Positions 47,594 to 58,500 of a stretch of DNA of 63,756 nt are shown in pieces (position 1 is the stretch's first letter; every line of letters starts with the position of its first letter). Under the pieces are notes generated by a model. The model was not told the DNA's origin. It made no database searches and was given only the letters and a program-made list of their open reading frames with translations. Location: positions 1-63,756 of the forward strand of contig JAHIVG010000004.1 of the NCBI GenBank assembly GCA_018816705.1, read 5' to 3'. The position numbers and the translations under genes were made by a program. This stretch comes from Nanobdellota archaeon (GTDB taxonomy: Archaea; Nanobdellota; Nanobdellia; Woesearchaeales; JAHIVG01).

Positions 47594-48220
47594 ATGAGGG
47601 CTGTCATCTTCGACATGGACGGCGTGCTTCTCGACTCATGCGCAGACCACGAGGCCGCCTGGAAGAGTATATGGGAAGATTTCCACATCCAGGATGAGTT
47701 CGATTTCTCGTCGATGTCAGGCATGGATACCGACGAGATAGCTGAGATGCTCCATCAGAAGTTCGGTGTTGATGCCGAGGCCATAGCAGCAAGGAAGCAT
47801 GAACATGAGCGCAACCTTAAGGTCAATTATATGCAGGGCGCAGAAGAGCTCATCTCCACCCTGAAGGCAAGGTTCATCCTGGGATTAGGCACTTCATCTC
47901 CGACCCAATCACTAAAGGCCTATGATGCCAAGCTCGGATTCCTGGCCAATTTCAAGGAATATGTGAATTCCGAGCTCGTGGAGCGTGCCAAGCCAGCACC
48001 AGACATCTATCGCGAGGTGGCAAGACGCCTGGATGTGCCGCCGGAGGAATGCTGCGTCATCGAGGACAGCGGCAACGGGATAAAGGCTGCAAAGGCTGCA
48101 GGCATGAAATGCATTGCCATCATGAACAATTACCTTTCTGTGAAGGACATGCAGCTCGCAGACGCTGCTGTAGAGAACCTTTCAGAGATCACTATCGACA
48201 TGATCGAGAAACTGAGGTGA
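47594..48220 (+). CDS. HAD-superfamily phosphatase (beta-PGM/CbbY-like)
   Basis: IFDMDGVL.D, KPAPDIY and EDS..GI.AA..AGM motifs. Confidence 0.93.
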   Translation: MRAVIFDMDGVLLDSCADHEAAWKSIWEDFHIQDEFDFSSMSGMDTDEIAEMLHQKFGVDAEAIAARKHEHERNLKVNYMQGAEELISTLKARFILGLGTSSPTQSLKAYDAKLGFLANFKEYVNSELVERAKPAPDIYREVARRLDVPPEECCVIEDSGNGIKAAKAAGMKCIAIMNNYLSVKDMQLADAAVENLSEITIDMIEKLR

Positions 48221-48225
48221 ATATC

Positions 48226-49485
48226 ATGGACAAAGGAACCAACTATGAAGTCAAGGACATCAAGCTCGCAGAACAGGGCAGGAAGAACATCGAGTATGCA
48301 GAGCTGCAGATGGGCGCGCTCTTGAAGGTGAAGGAGCGCTTCGCCAAGGAGAAACCCCTGAAAGGCATCAAGGTCGGCCTCGCACTGCATGTAACGAAAG
48401 AGACTGCAGTCCTGGTCAGGACCTTGGTTGCAGGCGGCGCTGAAGTCGCAATCACAGGATGCAACCCTTTGAGCACGCAGGATGACGTCGCCGCAGCCCT
48501 TGCAGAGGAAGATATCAAGGTCTGGGCGTACAAGGGCGAGAACAAGGAGGATTACTATCGTTACATAACCAAAGTGATAGAATTCAAACCTGACGTTACC
48601 ATTGACGACGGCTGCGACCTCGTGTCAGAAGTGCACACGAAACATCCTGAATTGATAAAGGACATTATCTGCGGCTGCGAGGAGACCACCACGGGCATAA
48701 TCAGGCTCAGGGCGATGGAGAAAGACGGCAAGCTGCTCTATCCGGTCTTCGCCGTGAACGACCAGTTCACCAAGCACCTGTTCGATAACTACTATGGCAC
48801 AGGCCAGAGCACCTGGGACGGCATACTGAGAGCCTCGAACACCCTCATAGCAGGAAAGAATGTTGTAGTCGCAGGCTACGGACAGTGCGGCAAGGGTGTT
48901 GCTGCAAGGGCACTAGGCATGAGTGCAAATGTCATAGTGACTGAGATCGACCAGTTCAAGGCCCTGCAGGCCGCCATGGACGGCTTCAGGGTCATGAAGA
49001 TGGAGGATGCATCCAAGATAGGCGATATCTTTGTGACGGTTACAGGCAACAAGCACGTGATAACCGTGGACCACATCAAGAAGATGAAGGAAGGTGCGAT
49101 ATTCTGCAACTCAGGGCATTTCGACAACGAGATAGATGTCGAGGGGCTTGAGAAGGCCGCCAAGAAGCGTAGGATAAGGCCTTTGTTCGACGAGTACACC
49201 ATCAACGGCAAGAAGGTCTTCTTGGCTGGCGAAGGAAGATTAGTGAACCTCGCTGTGGCAGAGGGCCACCCATCGACCGTCATGGCCATGTCGTTCTGCA
49301 ACCAGGCATTAGCGGTAGAATACGGCGTGAAGAACAAGGACAGGCTCAAGCCCGGCGTGGTCAAGCTGCCTGGGAAGATGGACCGGCATGTGGCCGACCT
49401 CCAGCTAGAGGCGATGAAAATAGAATACGATAGGCTCACGCCTGAGCAGGAGAAATACCTCAACAGCTGGGAAGAGGGCACGTGA
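48226..49485 (+). CDS. ahcY: Adenosylhomocysteinase
   Basis: LHVTKET, CNPLSTQD, EETTTG, K.LFDN.YGTGQS and EGRLVNL...EGHP motifs. Confidence 0.97.
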   Translation: MDKGTNYEVKDIKLAEQGRKNIEYAELQMGALLKVKERFAKEKPLKGIKVGLALHVTKETAVLVRTLVAGGAEVAITGCNPLSTQDDVAAALAEEDIKVWAYKGENKEDYYRYITKVIEFKPDVTIDDGCDLVSEVHTKHPELIKDIICGCEETTTGIIRLRAMEKDGKLLYPVFAVNDQFTKHLFDNYYGTGQSTWDGILRASNTLIAGKNVVVAGYGQCGKGVAARALGMSANVIVTEIDQFKALQAAMDGFRVMKMEDASKIGDIFVTVTGNKHVITVDHIKKMKEGAIFCNSGHFDNEIDVEGLEKAAKKRRIRPLFDEYTINGKKVFLAGEGRLVNLAVAEGHPSTVMAMSFCNQALAVEYGVKNKDRLKPGVVKLPGKMDRHVADLQLEAMKIEYDRLTPEQEKYLNSWEEGT

Positions 49486-49580
49486 GTCCTGATTGATGGT
49501 TACGCTTTTTTCCATAAATTTATAAATGATGCCGGCAGAGATAGCTATGAAGTAGTTTGAGGGCTAAAAGAGGGAAAGAG

Positions 49581-49997
49581 ATGCGCATAGGACAAGCTAG
49601 CATGGAATACATCATCGTCATCGGCTTCGCCCTGCTGATGGCCTTCCCGCTCATAATGATCTTCTTCTCCCAGAGCCAGGATGTGACCGATCAGCTCAGC
49701 ATGAACCAGGTGAGGGAGATAGGCCGCAAGGTGATTAACACGGCCGAGAAGGTGTACTACCTCGGCGAGCCCTCGCAGACCATCCTCAAGGTATACCTCC
49801 CTAGCCACGTCGATAGTTTTATCGTGAACGGTACCACCCAGGAGATCGTGTTCAAGGTGAAGATAGAGAGTTCCTTGAGCGATGTCGTGTTCAGGTCAGA
49901 CGTCCCCATATACAATTCCAGTCTGTTGCCGGTCTCAGGCATCAGATTCATCAAGATAAGGACTGTAGATGGCAGGGTGAACATCACAGATGCGTAG
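49581..49997 (+). CDS. Class III signal peptide (pilin-like) protein
   Basis: RIG|QASMEY followed by a hydrophobic helix. Confidence 0.85.
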   Translation: MRIGQASMEYIIVIGFALLMAFPLIMIFFSQSQDVTDQLSMNQVREIGRKVINTAEKVYYLGEPSQTILKVYLPSHVDSFIVNGTTQEIVFKVKIESSLSDVVFRSDVPIYNSSLLPVSGIRFIKIRTVDGRVNITDA

Positions 49998-50394
49998 CCA
50001 GATCTCGATGGAGTTCATGGTCCTAATCGCGGTAGGGATACTCAGCTTCATCGTGGTCATCGTCATTGTCGGGGACCAGGTCAAGGAGATGTATGATGAC
50101 AGGGAGTATATAATGACGAGGAACATCGCCATCGAGCTCCAGAACGAGTTCTACCTGGCTGCCCAGGTGCATCACGGCTATGAGCGCACAATTGAGGTTC
50201 CCGATGACGTGGAAGGGATAACTATGGAAATTGCCCTCAACACCGAGACTGCTATCCTGACCGTCAAGTCAGCGAGATACGAGCACGTCATGAACGTCCC
50301 CCATAACATCAAGGGCACCTTGCTGGCAGGAGTCGACAACGTGATAGCCAACAACCACAGCCTGGTGCTGATCAAGCCGGAGCTGATAGGATGA
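49990..50394 (+). CDS. Class III signal peptide (pilin-like) protein
   Basis: RS|QISMEF followed by a hydrophobic helix. Confidence 0.85.
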   Translation: MRSQISMEFMVLIAVGILSFIVVIVIVGDQVKEMYDDREYIMTRNIAIELQNEFYLAAQVHHGYERTIEVPDDVEGITMEIALNTETAILTVKSARYEHVMNVPHNIKGTLLAGVDNVIANNHSLVLIKPELIG

Positions 50395-51509
50395 GCCGCC
50401 GCTCCCAGGTGTGGTACATGGACTTCATTATGTCCTTCTTCATATTCTCTGTCGTGATAGTGATATTCATGCATTTCATCGTCAACAAGAGCGAGGAGAG
50501 CAAGGTGGTCCAGGACCAGCTTCTCACTGACGCGAGGATAATCTCCAATTCACTCATGCTGCCTGGCTACCCGTTGAACTGGGACCACACGAACGTGGAC
50601 AGGATAGGCATAACGGACAAGAACAGCAAGTTCAACAGGACCAAGCTCCTGGAGTTCCAGAAGCTTACCTATTCAGAGATGAGGAAGAGGTTCGACGTCC
50701 CGCACGACTTCATGATCTTTTTCGAGGGCGACAACCGCAAGTCTGTTCCCGTCTTCGGCGTGTGCAGCGTCGGCCACCCGGACATGGACCTCTCTTCGAA
50801 GAGGAAGATTGCGTATTACACCAGGAACATAGAGGATGCCGTCCTCGACCCGGACAGCCATGAAGTGTATGACGACCTGGATGAGATGGGCATCACTGCT
50901 GTTGACACATTCTGCGAAGAAGGCCATACGAAATGCAACGGGCTGACCGCAGAACTTGAGAATGATCTCTTTGACTACGACCTCCTCATCGTGGAGAACG
51001 GAGACCTCGACCTGGTGCCATCATTCCTTTCCTGGGCCGAGAAGGGCCTGCCGACTTTGCTCATCGGCGACTTCACCACTGCCGGGATGATGGGCATGAA
51101 TGTGGACCATACAGAGACTGTTGGCTCGACCGATGCCATCATGGCAAAGGAACTTCCCTTCCTTGACCTAACAGCAGACTCGATGATATCCATGAACCAT
51201 GATTATGTAGTGCTGACGAATAATGATCCGAATGTCATCGTCGAAACTTATGCCACTTCGGACGAGTGGGGCACCGGTATAATGGCCTGGACCTATTCCG
51301 ACGGCACCATCTACCACTTCAGCTCCGCAGACATACTGTCGCCCCCGGACTTCTACGACCAGCTGAAGCTCGGCATCTACGACCTTGCCAATCATAATTG
51401 CTCCAAGCTGGACCTGTCAGCTGTGGATTATAGCAACGTGGTCAAGCTCTCGAGGTTCCTGGTCAAGAAGAACAGGGTCATAAACATGGTGATACTTACA
51501 TGGGACTAG
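50391..51509 (+). CDS. Class III signal peptide protein with inserted domain
   Basis: RRS|QVWYMDF plus TM; G.P.NW...IGI motif. Confidence 0.8.
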   Translation: MSRRSQVWYMDFIMSFFIFSVVIVIFMHFIVNKSEESKVVQDQLLTDARIISNSLMLPGYPLNWDHTNVDRIGITDKNSKFNRTKLLEFQKLTYSEMRKRFDVPHDFMIFFEGDNRKSVPVFGVCSVGHPDMDLSSKRKIAYYTRNIEDAVLDPDSHEVYDDLDEMGITAVDTFCEEGHTKCNGLTAELENDLFDYDLLIVENGDLDLVPSFLSWAEKGLPTLLIGDFTTAGMMGMNVDHTETVGSTDAIMAKELPFLDLTADSMISMNHDYVVLTNNDPNVIVETYATSDEWGTGIMAWTYSDGTIYHFSSADILSPPDFYDQLKLGIYDLANHNCSKLDLSAVDYSNVVKLSRFLVKKNRVINMVILTWD

Positions 51510-54500
51510 ACCCTAGAAAAGGATTCGTGTTCACCCTCGACTCGATGCTGGGAGCCACGCTCCTCCTCTTAGGGATTGCGGTGTTCTCGCTCTTCTTCAT
51601 CACCGAGGTCGACACGACACAGCCCACTCTCCTCTCGCAGGACTCCATAGATTTCCTCTCTGAGATGGGCATGGTGGAGATCGATGCTCCTGTCCTGCAC
51701 GACCTGAGGGAAATCGGTCCTTCACTGGACACAGACCTTTCAGTATTGGAGCAGATAGCCCTCTTCTGGGTCAAAGAGGAGCATGACGCAGCCTACGATC
51801 TCTCAAGATATGTCTTCGAAAAGATGATCCCTCCGCAGTACGGCTACAGCATCGTCGTAGGCGGAGAGGAGATATATTCAAGGGCCAAGCCTGGCAACAA
51901 GACCCTGGTCAGCTCCAAGAAGACTGTTACCGGCATCGAGAAGGACAAGGAGGTGGAGAGGTTCTTGACCTATGCCCACCTGACAGGCATGGACACATAC
52001 TTATACGACAGGTATGTCTACTTCGGAGGCTTCACCGGCCAGGGCAACATCACTGTCGCCATCGACCTGCCGGAATACATCAACATCACCAACGTCACCA
52101 TAGAGGGTGCTTTCAGCCACAACTTCTCGCTGTTCATCAACAGCACATGGGCAGGCTACTACAACTTCACAGATGATGACCCCATGAAGGCCGAGACCTT
52201 CTGGGTGAACTACTCATATTTCAACGATTTCGAACGCGGCAACATCACCATGATGCACATCAGGTTCAACACCTCAGACCTTGGTTATATCGGCGGTGGC
52301 TACATCAAGGTAAGGATGAACATGAGCACCAACCAGAGCAACATGACGCCGCAGTTCACCGAGTATCACGGCGAAAGCTACCTGCAGCGCCACTATTTCC
52401 CGCAGGTGGACGGCTTCGTCAACCAGTACGGCTCTTACTACTTCCCACCGAGGCTGCTGAACATCTCAGGCATGCTCCACTACCGCTCTGACATAGGCCA
52501 GGTTGACAATGTCTCCCTCAAGCTCATCATCGGCAACGAGAGCATCTTCAACGACACATCATTCTATGGTGATGAGATCGTCAAGCTCGTACCTGATAAC
52601 TTCTCCGGCCTCAACCTGGCTCTTCTTGCGGGCAAGAACGTGCCCATGCGCTTCGGCTGGATTGGCGCAAACTTCTCCTTCGGCGGCGTGAAGGCAGTGC
52701 TGATCACTGACTTGTCAACCAGTATGGACTATGATATTCCCCAGACCGGAGGCGGTGAGGTAAGGGGATGTGATGATCCTCTGCTGTATGATGACTCGAC
52801 CGAGAGGCTGTCGCTGGCGAAATGCCTGGACAAAGATTTCGTTAACAACTTGCTAGATGAGTCTTTACACTCTAACGTAGGACTTGTATCGTTCTCGACC
52901 AGGTCTGACAGGTTCACCGAGCTCCGGGATGATGCTGCCATGCTTATCGGAGACATTGACGAATACGAGACAATAAGCGCCACCTGCATCGCCTGCGGCA
53001 TATTCAAGGCCATCGAGCTGCTCAAGGAATATGACATCCTTCTCCCAAAACACAGCGACTACAAGTACAACCTGGACTTTATCCTCCCTGGCAATGACCC
53101 TCCAGCAGGATGGAAAGACCTGGCATTCAACGACGATGACTGGCTCACGGGCACTGCTCCATTCGGTTTTGGATTTGATGGGATAAATACTAACATCGAC
53201 CGAACAATGATGAATCCCACTTATGAATACCGACCGATATCCTATTGCTATTATCCTTCAGGGACTGATTGTGCCGGTTTCCTGACATGTTCCCCAGCCC
53301 TTGTGAACACTGATGATGAGATCAACCAATGTTTACTGAACGACACCACTCAAGCTCCTGCAGTCTTCCAGGTCGGTGACACTTCCAGCACTCCCACGAG
53401 CAAGGTCTCTTATCCTGAGGAGACCAAAGTACAGCATGTCAACGACCTGTACAGGTTCCCGGCGTGCGACAGGGTGACAGAATACTGTTTCAGATTCGAC
53501 ACGACGCCAAATGTCTGGCAGCAAAAGCCCCCACCTTCCGCGGATTTCATCATTTTCAGGCCCTTCTCTGACAGGTATGAAAAGGTTTATTCGTTCCAAA
53601 GGAGCCTTAGTAAGGAATTCGACCTCAACACCGGCAGGAAGGTATGCTATAACCCTAACCAAAAGATAAAGATTCTTGATGGCGACGTCATTGGCCTGTT
53701 CACCAACTTCGGCGAGATCTACGACACTGCTCCGAGCGGAGGCACACAGATACGGAAGCAAGGCCTACACGACGAATTACTTTACTCGGATCCCACAAGG
53801 GGCGGGCGGCTGATGGTAGGGATGAAATGCGAGCAGGACAGGCAGCAGCGCAACATAACCGCAGTATTCGGCACAGACGGATTCTCAGACCGTGATGCCA
53901 AGAACTTGCTCACAGAGATAGACATACTTCCGGAAGAGGATGTCACTTACAAGATAACTTATGCAATATATTCCGCTTCTGGAACATTTAGAGGTTGGCG
54001 CGATGTGTGTGATGGATCGCTTGAAAAGGGTGTCGTGACACACCTGGAATGCCTGGCGCCGGCTCTTCCTGATAATGATAGATATTTTTCTTCGATGCTC
54101 AATAAAGCTTACATGCAGCTTGAGATCCTCTTCGACTGCGAGAGCTGCACATCAGGCAAGGTCCACATCGACTATGTGGGCATAACTGCAATCACCTCTT
54201 CTGGCGACCTGTATTTCAGGAAGAAGTTTGATGTCTCAGAGCAATATGATGAGGTCATACTTGAAGTGTTAGACGACGACAGCGCCACGGTATATATTGA
54301 TGGTGTGCAGATTCCCACAAATGACTACCTCGGCAGGGACTGGTTTCACTTCAGGAATCTGACTGGACCACGGATTCCCAGCCCAGGCCGGCACATCCTT
54401 GCCGTAAAGCTTGAGAACCAAGACATCGATTCGATGTCCTTCGATTCCCAGCTCAAGACCCCTGCACCGAGGAACTCTTCGATTCCAAGGGCCATGGTCG

Positions 54501-55591
54501 TCATGAGCGATGGAGTAGCCAATATGTGCTATCCCACTGGTTTGTGCGGCTCTATATTGAATCCTCCAATCATTGACCCTGCACAGCAGGCGAGAGATTT
54601 CGCCTGTGAAGCATTCATCAAGCACGGAATCAGGATATACAGCATCGGATTCGCTGTTAGTGGCAGCGGCCTCACGACGCTTGAGAATATCGCTGCATGC
54701 GACGACGAAAATCATTTCTACCAATCCCAGGACCCTGAGGAGCTCCAGGAGATCTATGACACCCTAGCAGAGGACATCGCCAAGCTAGGCTACGAGGCAC
54801 AGGCCGCATCCATCTTAGGTGATGTGGAGAGCATCCTCTACAACGACTCCTACCTGGAGTTCAACATCTCTACGGGAAGCGATCCCATATCCACAGGACT
54901 GATCCCCCTCACCGTCCAGACCCCTCCATTCGGCAACAACATCTCGGAACTGAACATCTCGTTGAGGGACGGCATGATCATCCAGGATGCCAGGATAACA
55001 TCATACTCCGGCGACAAGTGGACCAGGCTCGTCTGGATCAACAACTCTCTCGAGAACCTTACAGTCTTCAACCTGACTGACTTCGGAAGGGACTATGTCC
55101 TGCTCGGAGACCCGTTCATCATCGAGTTCCCCCCGGATGCCCTCAGGGGTGGAGGCAACATGATACACTCAGACACAGGCATCACGCCGACTGGACTCAC
55201 TAACGGTTCGCCCAGCAACCGCCTCATATTCACAACCCTAATCTCGCCCAGGTCAAGGAGCCTCGGCCTCGGAGATTATGAGGAAGGGTGCGGATGGAAC
55301 ATCGAATTCGAAGACGACCTGAAGAAGCTCATGCTCACCCCTCAACATTACGCAGGGCCGCTTGTATGCGCATACAACTCCACAAACCACACCCTGCAAG
55401 ACAACGCCTATGACGGGAACAATTCCATGCATATCGCGCTGCACGACCTCCTGAGCAGGCTGGATTTCGACCAGGACGGACGCCTTGACGTGGAGATCGG
55501 CGAGCCCAACCTTCTGATCAAGACCGCGACCACTGACAGGATACCCAACCTCTGGGGGCCGACGCTGGTGGAGGTGAAGATCTGGCAATGA
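51500..55591 (+). CDS. Giant pilin-like surface protein with split vWA domain, paralogue 1
   Basis: RKG|FVFTLD; MIDAS DLSTS, TC..CGI and distant MSDG; C-terminus WGPTLVEVKIWQ. Confidence 0.85.
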   Translation: MGLDPRKGFVFTLDSMLGATLLLLGIAVFSLFFITEVDTTQPTLLSQDSIDFLSEMGMVEIDAPVLHDLREIGPSLDTDLSVLEQIALFWVKEEHDAAYDLSRYVFEKMIPPQYGYSIVVGGEEIYSRAKPGNKTLVSSKKTVTGIEKDKEVERFLTYAHLTGMDTYLYDRYVYFGGFTGQGNITVAIDLPEYINITNVTIEGAFSHNFSLFINSTWAGYYNFTDDDPMKAETFWVNYSYFNDFERGNITMMHIRFNTSDLGYIGGGYIKVRMNMSTNQSNMTPQFTEYHGESYLQRHYFPQVDGFVNQYGSYYFPPRLLNISGMLHYRSDIGQVDNVSLKLIIGNESIFNDTSFYGDEIVKLVPDNFSGLNLALLAGKNVPMRFGWIGANFSFGGVKAVLITDLSTSMDYDIPQTGGGEVRGCDDPLLYDDSTERLSLAKCLDKDFVNNLLDESLHSNVGLVSFSTRSDRFTELRDDAAMLIGDIDEYETISATCIACGIFKAIELLKEYDILLPKHSDYKYNLDFILPGNDPPAGWKDLAFNDDDWLTGTAPFGFGFDGINTNIDRTMMNPTYEYRPISYCYYPSGTDCAGFLTCSPALVNTDDEINQCLLNDTTQAPAVFQVGDTSSTPTSKVSYPEETKVQHVNDLYRFPACDRVTEYCFRFDTTPNVWQQKPPPSADFIIFRPFSDRYEKVYSFQRSLSKEFDLNTGRKVCYNPNQKIKILDGDVIGLFTNFGEIYDTAPSGGTQIRKQGLHDELLYSDPTRGGRLMVGMKCEQDRQQRNITAVFGTDGFSDRDAKNLLTEIDILPEEDVTYKITYAIYSASGTFRGWRDVCDGSLEKGVVTHLECLAPALPDNDRYFSSMLNKAYMQLEILFDCESCTSGKVHIDYVGITAITSSGDLYFRKKFDVSEQYDEVILEVLDDDSATVYIDGVQIPTNDYLGRDWFHFRNLTGPRIPSPGRHILAVKLENQDIDSMSFDSQLKTPAPRNSSIPRAMVVMSDGVANMCYPTGLCGSILNPPIIDPAQQARDFACEAFIKHGIRIYSIGFAVSGSGLTTLENIAACDDENHFYQSQDPEELQEIYDTLAEDIAKLGYEAQAASILGDVESILYNDSYLEFNISTGSDPISTGLIPLTVQTPPFGNNISELNISLRDGMIIQDARITSYSGDKWTRLVWINNSLENLTVFNLTDFGRDYVLLGDPFIIEFPPDALRGGGNMIHSDTGITPTGLTNGSPSNRLIFTTLISPRSRSLGLGDYEEGCGWNIEFEDDLKKLMLTPQHYAGPLVCAYNSTNHTLQDNAYDGNNSMHIALHDLLSRLDFDQDGRLDVEIGEPNLLIKTATTDRIPNLWGPTLVEVKIWQ

Positions 55592-58500
55592 GAAGGAGGA
55601 AGGGGATATTGTTCACCATTGATGCAGTCCTGGGAGCGACGCTGCTGCTCTTAGGCATATTCATGTACTCGCTCTTCTTCGTGACAGAGGAGGAGACCAC
55701 CCAGTCCGCCTACTTCTCCCGCGACGCCGTCGACTTCCTGGCGCAGGTGAGGATGGACGAGCTGGACTTCCGTTTCCTGCACGACCTTAACAGGATCTCC
55801 TTGTCTATCGATCCTGACATCAGCGTCCTCGAGCAGATGGCTCTCTTATGGGTCAAGGGGGAGTACGAGGCATCGCAGCTGCTGTGCAACTATACTTTCC
55901 TTGAGCTCATACCCGAGCAGTACGGCTTCGAGATAAGGGTCGGCAATGACGTCGTGTGCAACCGCTACAAACCGGGTAGCGAGACCGTTATCACCTCCAA
56001 GAGGAGCATCTCCGGCATCGAGAAGTCCCAGCAGACAGAGAGGTTCCTGTCGTATGCGCATCTTACCGGCATGGACAACTTCCTGATGGACTTCTACACC
56101 TATTTCCAGGGGTTCACCGGCCAGGGCAACATCACCGTGCTCATGGAGGTCCCTGAGTTCATCTCCATAAGGAACGTGATCATCGAGGGCTCTTTCAGCG
56201 ACAATTTCGAGTTCCATATAAACGGGAACGGGTCAGGCAACTTCACGACCAACAGGACGAATCCTCTCGGTGCTGAGACCTTCATCATCGACCCCGTGCA
56301 TTTCAGCAATTTCGGTGGGGAGAACAGGACCTCGTTCTCGATAAGGTTCAACTCGAGCGAAGGGCAGCTCGGATACATCGGCGGCGGTTATATCCGGGTC
56401 ACGGCCAACATCAGCGCCAACAACACCCACCTGAAGGAGGGCATGAGGCAGTTCACGCATATAGCGAATGACACGTTGATAACAAGATATTACCTTCCGC
56501 AGGTCGAGGGGGTGATCAATCTCTATGGGTCTTATTACTTCCCCCCTGATATCTCGAACTTATCTGCTAGCCTGCACTACAAGTCAGACATCGGCCAGTT
56601 AGACGATGTTTATCTCCAACTGGTCTTGGCGAACCAGACGATCTTCTTCGACGAGAACTTCACAGGAGAGGAGACAATCGACCTCGACCCCGAGCGTTTC
56701 TCAGCGCTCAATCTCAGCAAGCTTGCTGGCAAGAACGTCCCCATGCGCTTCGGCTGGACAGACATCGCACCTTATGGGGGAGGAGGTGTGGATGCCATAC
56801 TCATCACTGATATCTCAGGAAGCATGGCATGGAACATAACTCCTGGAGATGGTTGGTTACGTACGGATGGAGAGACATGGGGGAACGACTGCGATAATAC
56901 CAAGATGTACACGAGCAACAGGACTATGCGCCTTGCCTTGGCAAAATGCCTTGACAAGAGATTCGTCGATATAATCCTCGAAGACCTCAGCCCGAGCAGG
57001 ATGGGCTTGGTATTTTTCTACCATACACTCATTCCCTTATACACAAATGTTGTCCCTTTAAAGGATTATACAAGCAGGTCGTACTTGCATAATAAAATCG
57101 ATGCAATTGACAATCCTGTAGGGAACACTTGTGTCTCATGCGGCATCTATAAGGCGATGGAACTGCTTTTCAAGCCTGGAACGCCAATCCCTGCTGAAAG
57201 CCAATGGAAATACACTCTTGAATATCCCGATGCTGCACCTCCAGGAAACTGGGATGCGCTGGAATATGATGATGGATCATGGCCGCAAGGGCAGATGCCT
57301 ATCGGCTTCGGTCCTGATTCGAACACTGTCATCGACCCGCTGTACATGGGCGGTGATCTGATGAGGGATTCTGTAGATGTGATTCCGAGTTACAGCCTGT
57401 TCAGCGGGGAATCCTGCTGGGGTGATGGCTCCATGCTTCAGAATCTCGACGGTAACTTCCTTTGCCTCCAGAACACCAGCCCATCGCTGAATTGGGTTCA
57501 GATGGTCGGTGATGTATCCCAGCAGGCTAACCGGCTCGGCATATACGATATTGAGACGCTAGTGCAGGACTCGAATGATATGTACAAGATCCCCTATTAT
57601 TGCGGTCAGTTGGATGACTTCAGGTTCTTCTTCAATGTCGTGCCTGGTGTCTGGTCAGACAGGGTCTTCGTGGAATTCCTTGTGCTGCGGCCGTTCTACG
57701 ATCCAGGCCTGAAGTATGAGGTGAAGCACTCTTTCAGGAAGCGCCTGACGACCTATGAGGCCGTTGGCTCTCCTGAGGTTGGAAATAATTCGGAATATCT
57801 CGGCCCGCCGAGCGCTCGGACTTTCGTGCCTAACGGATTCCCACTGACCGACATCCAGGAAGGCGATGTCCTCGGCCTGTACACCTCATTTCCCCCACTC
57901 AAGGTCAGGAAACCAGGCACCGGAAGGCTCCTCTATGAATCCGGGTATGAGGACATCATTGATGACAGCCAGAGCCAGGAAATGAGACAGTTGACGATAG
58001 GCGCGAAATGCAACATGTCGATAAGACCCACCATATCTACGACCTTCAAGTCCGAACCATTTACTGATATAGAGGAGTATGATTATATCGAGGCCGAGAT
58101 TAATTTTATGCCAGAGGAGGACCTATGGTATGATATCTTCTTCTTCAATACCTCAGACCTTGAATGGGTATGGGCATGTTCAGGCCATGTCGAAGCTACA
58201 GGTGAGATTTTCGAGGAGGACTGTAGGCTGAACGTCAATCCACCCTCAGATTTCTTCAACGCCGAGTCGAGAATCAGCATAAAGCTCGATTTCATCTTTG
58301 ATTCATATTGCAGGAGCGGCCCCTGTACAGCCCATCAGGTAAAATTGGATGAGATTGATTTTGTAGGTGTAGAATCGAATGGGACGATATATCTGAGGAA
58401 GACCTTCAACGTCAACCAGTCGCAGTTCGCGGATCCCACTTTACGATTGAGATCAGATGACCGCGCTGATATGTACATCAATGGGCAACGGATCGACGGC

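Noticed and set aside
48049..48225. N-terminal extension of AhcY
   Set aside because: Overlaps the HAD gene; GAGGTGA SD supports ATG 48226
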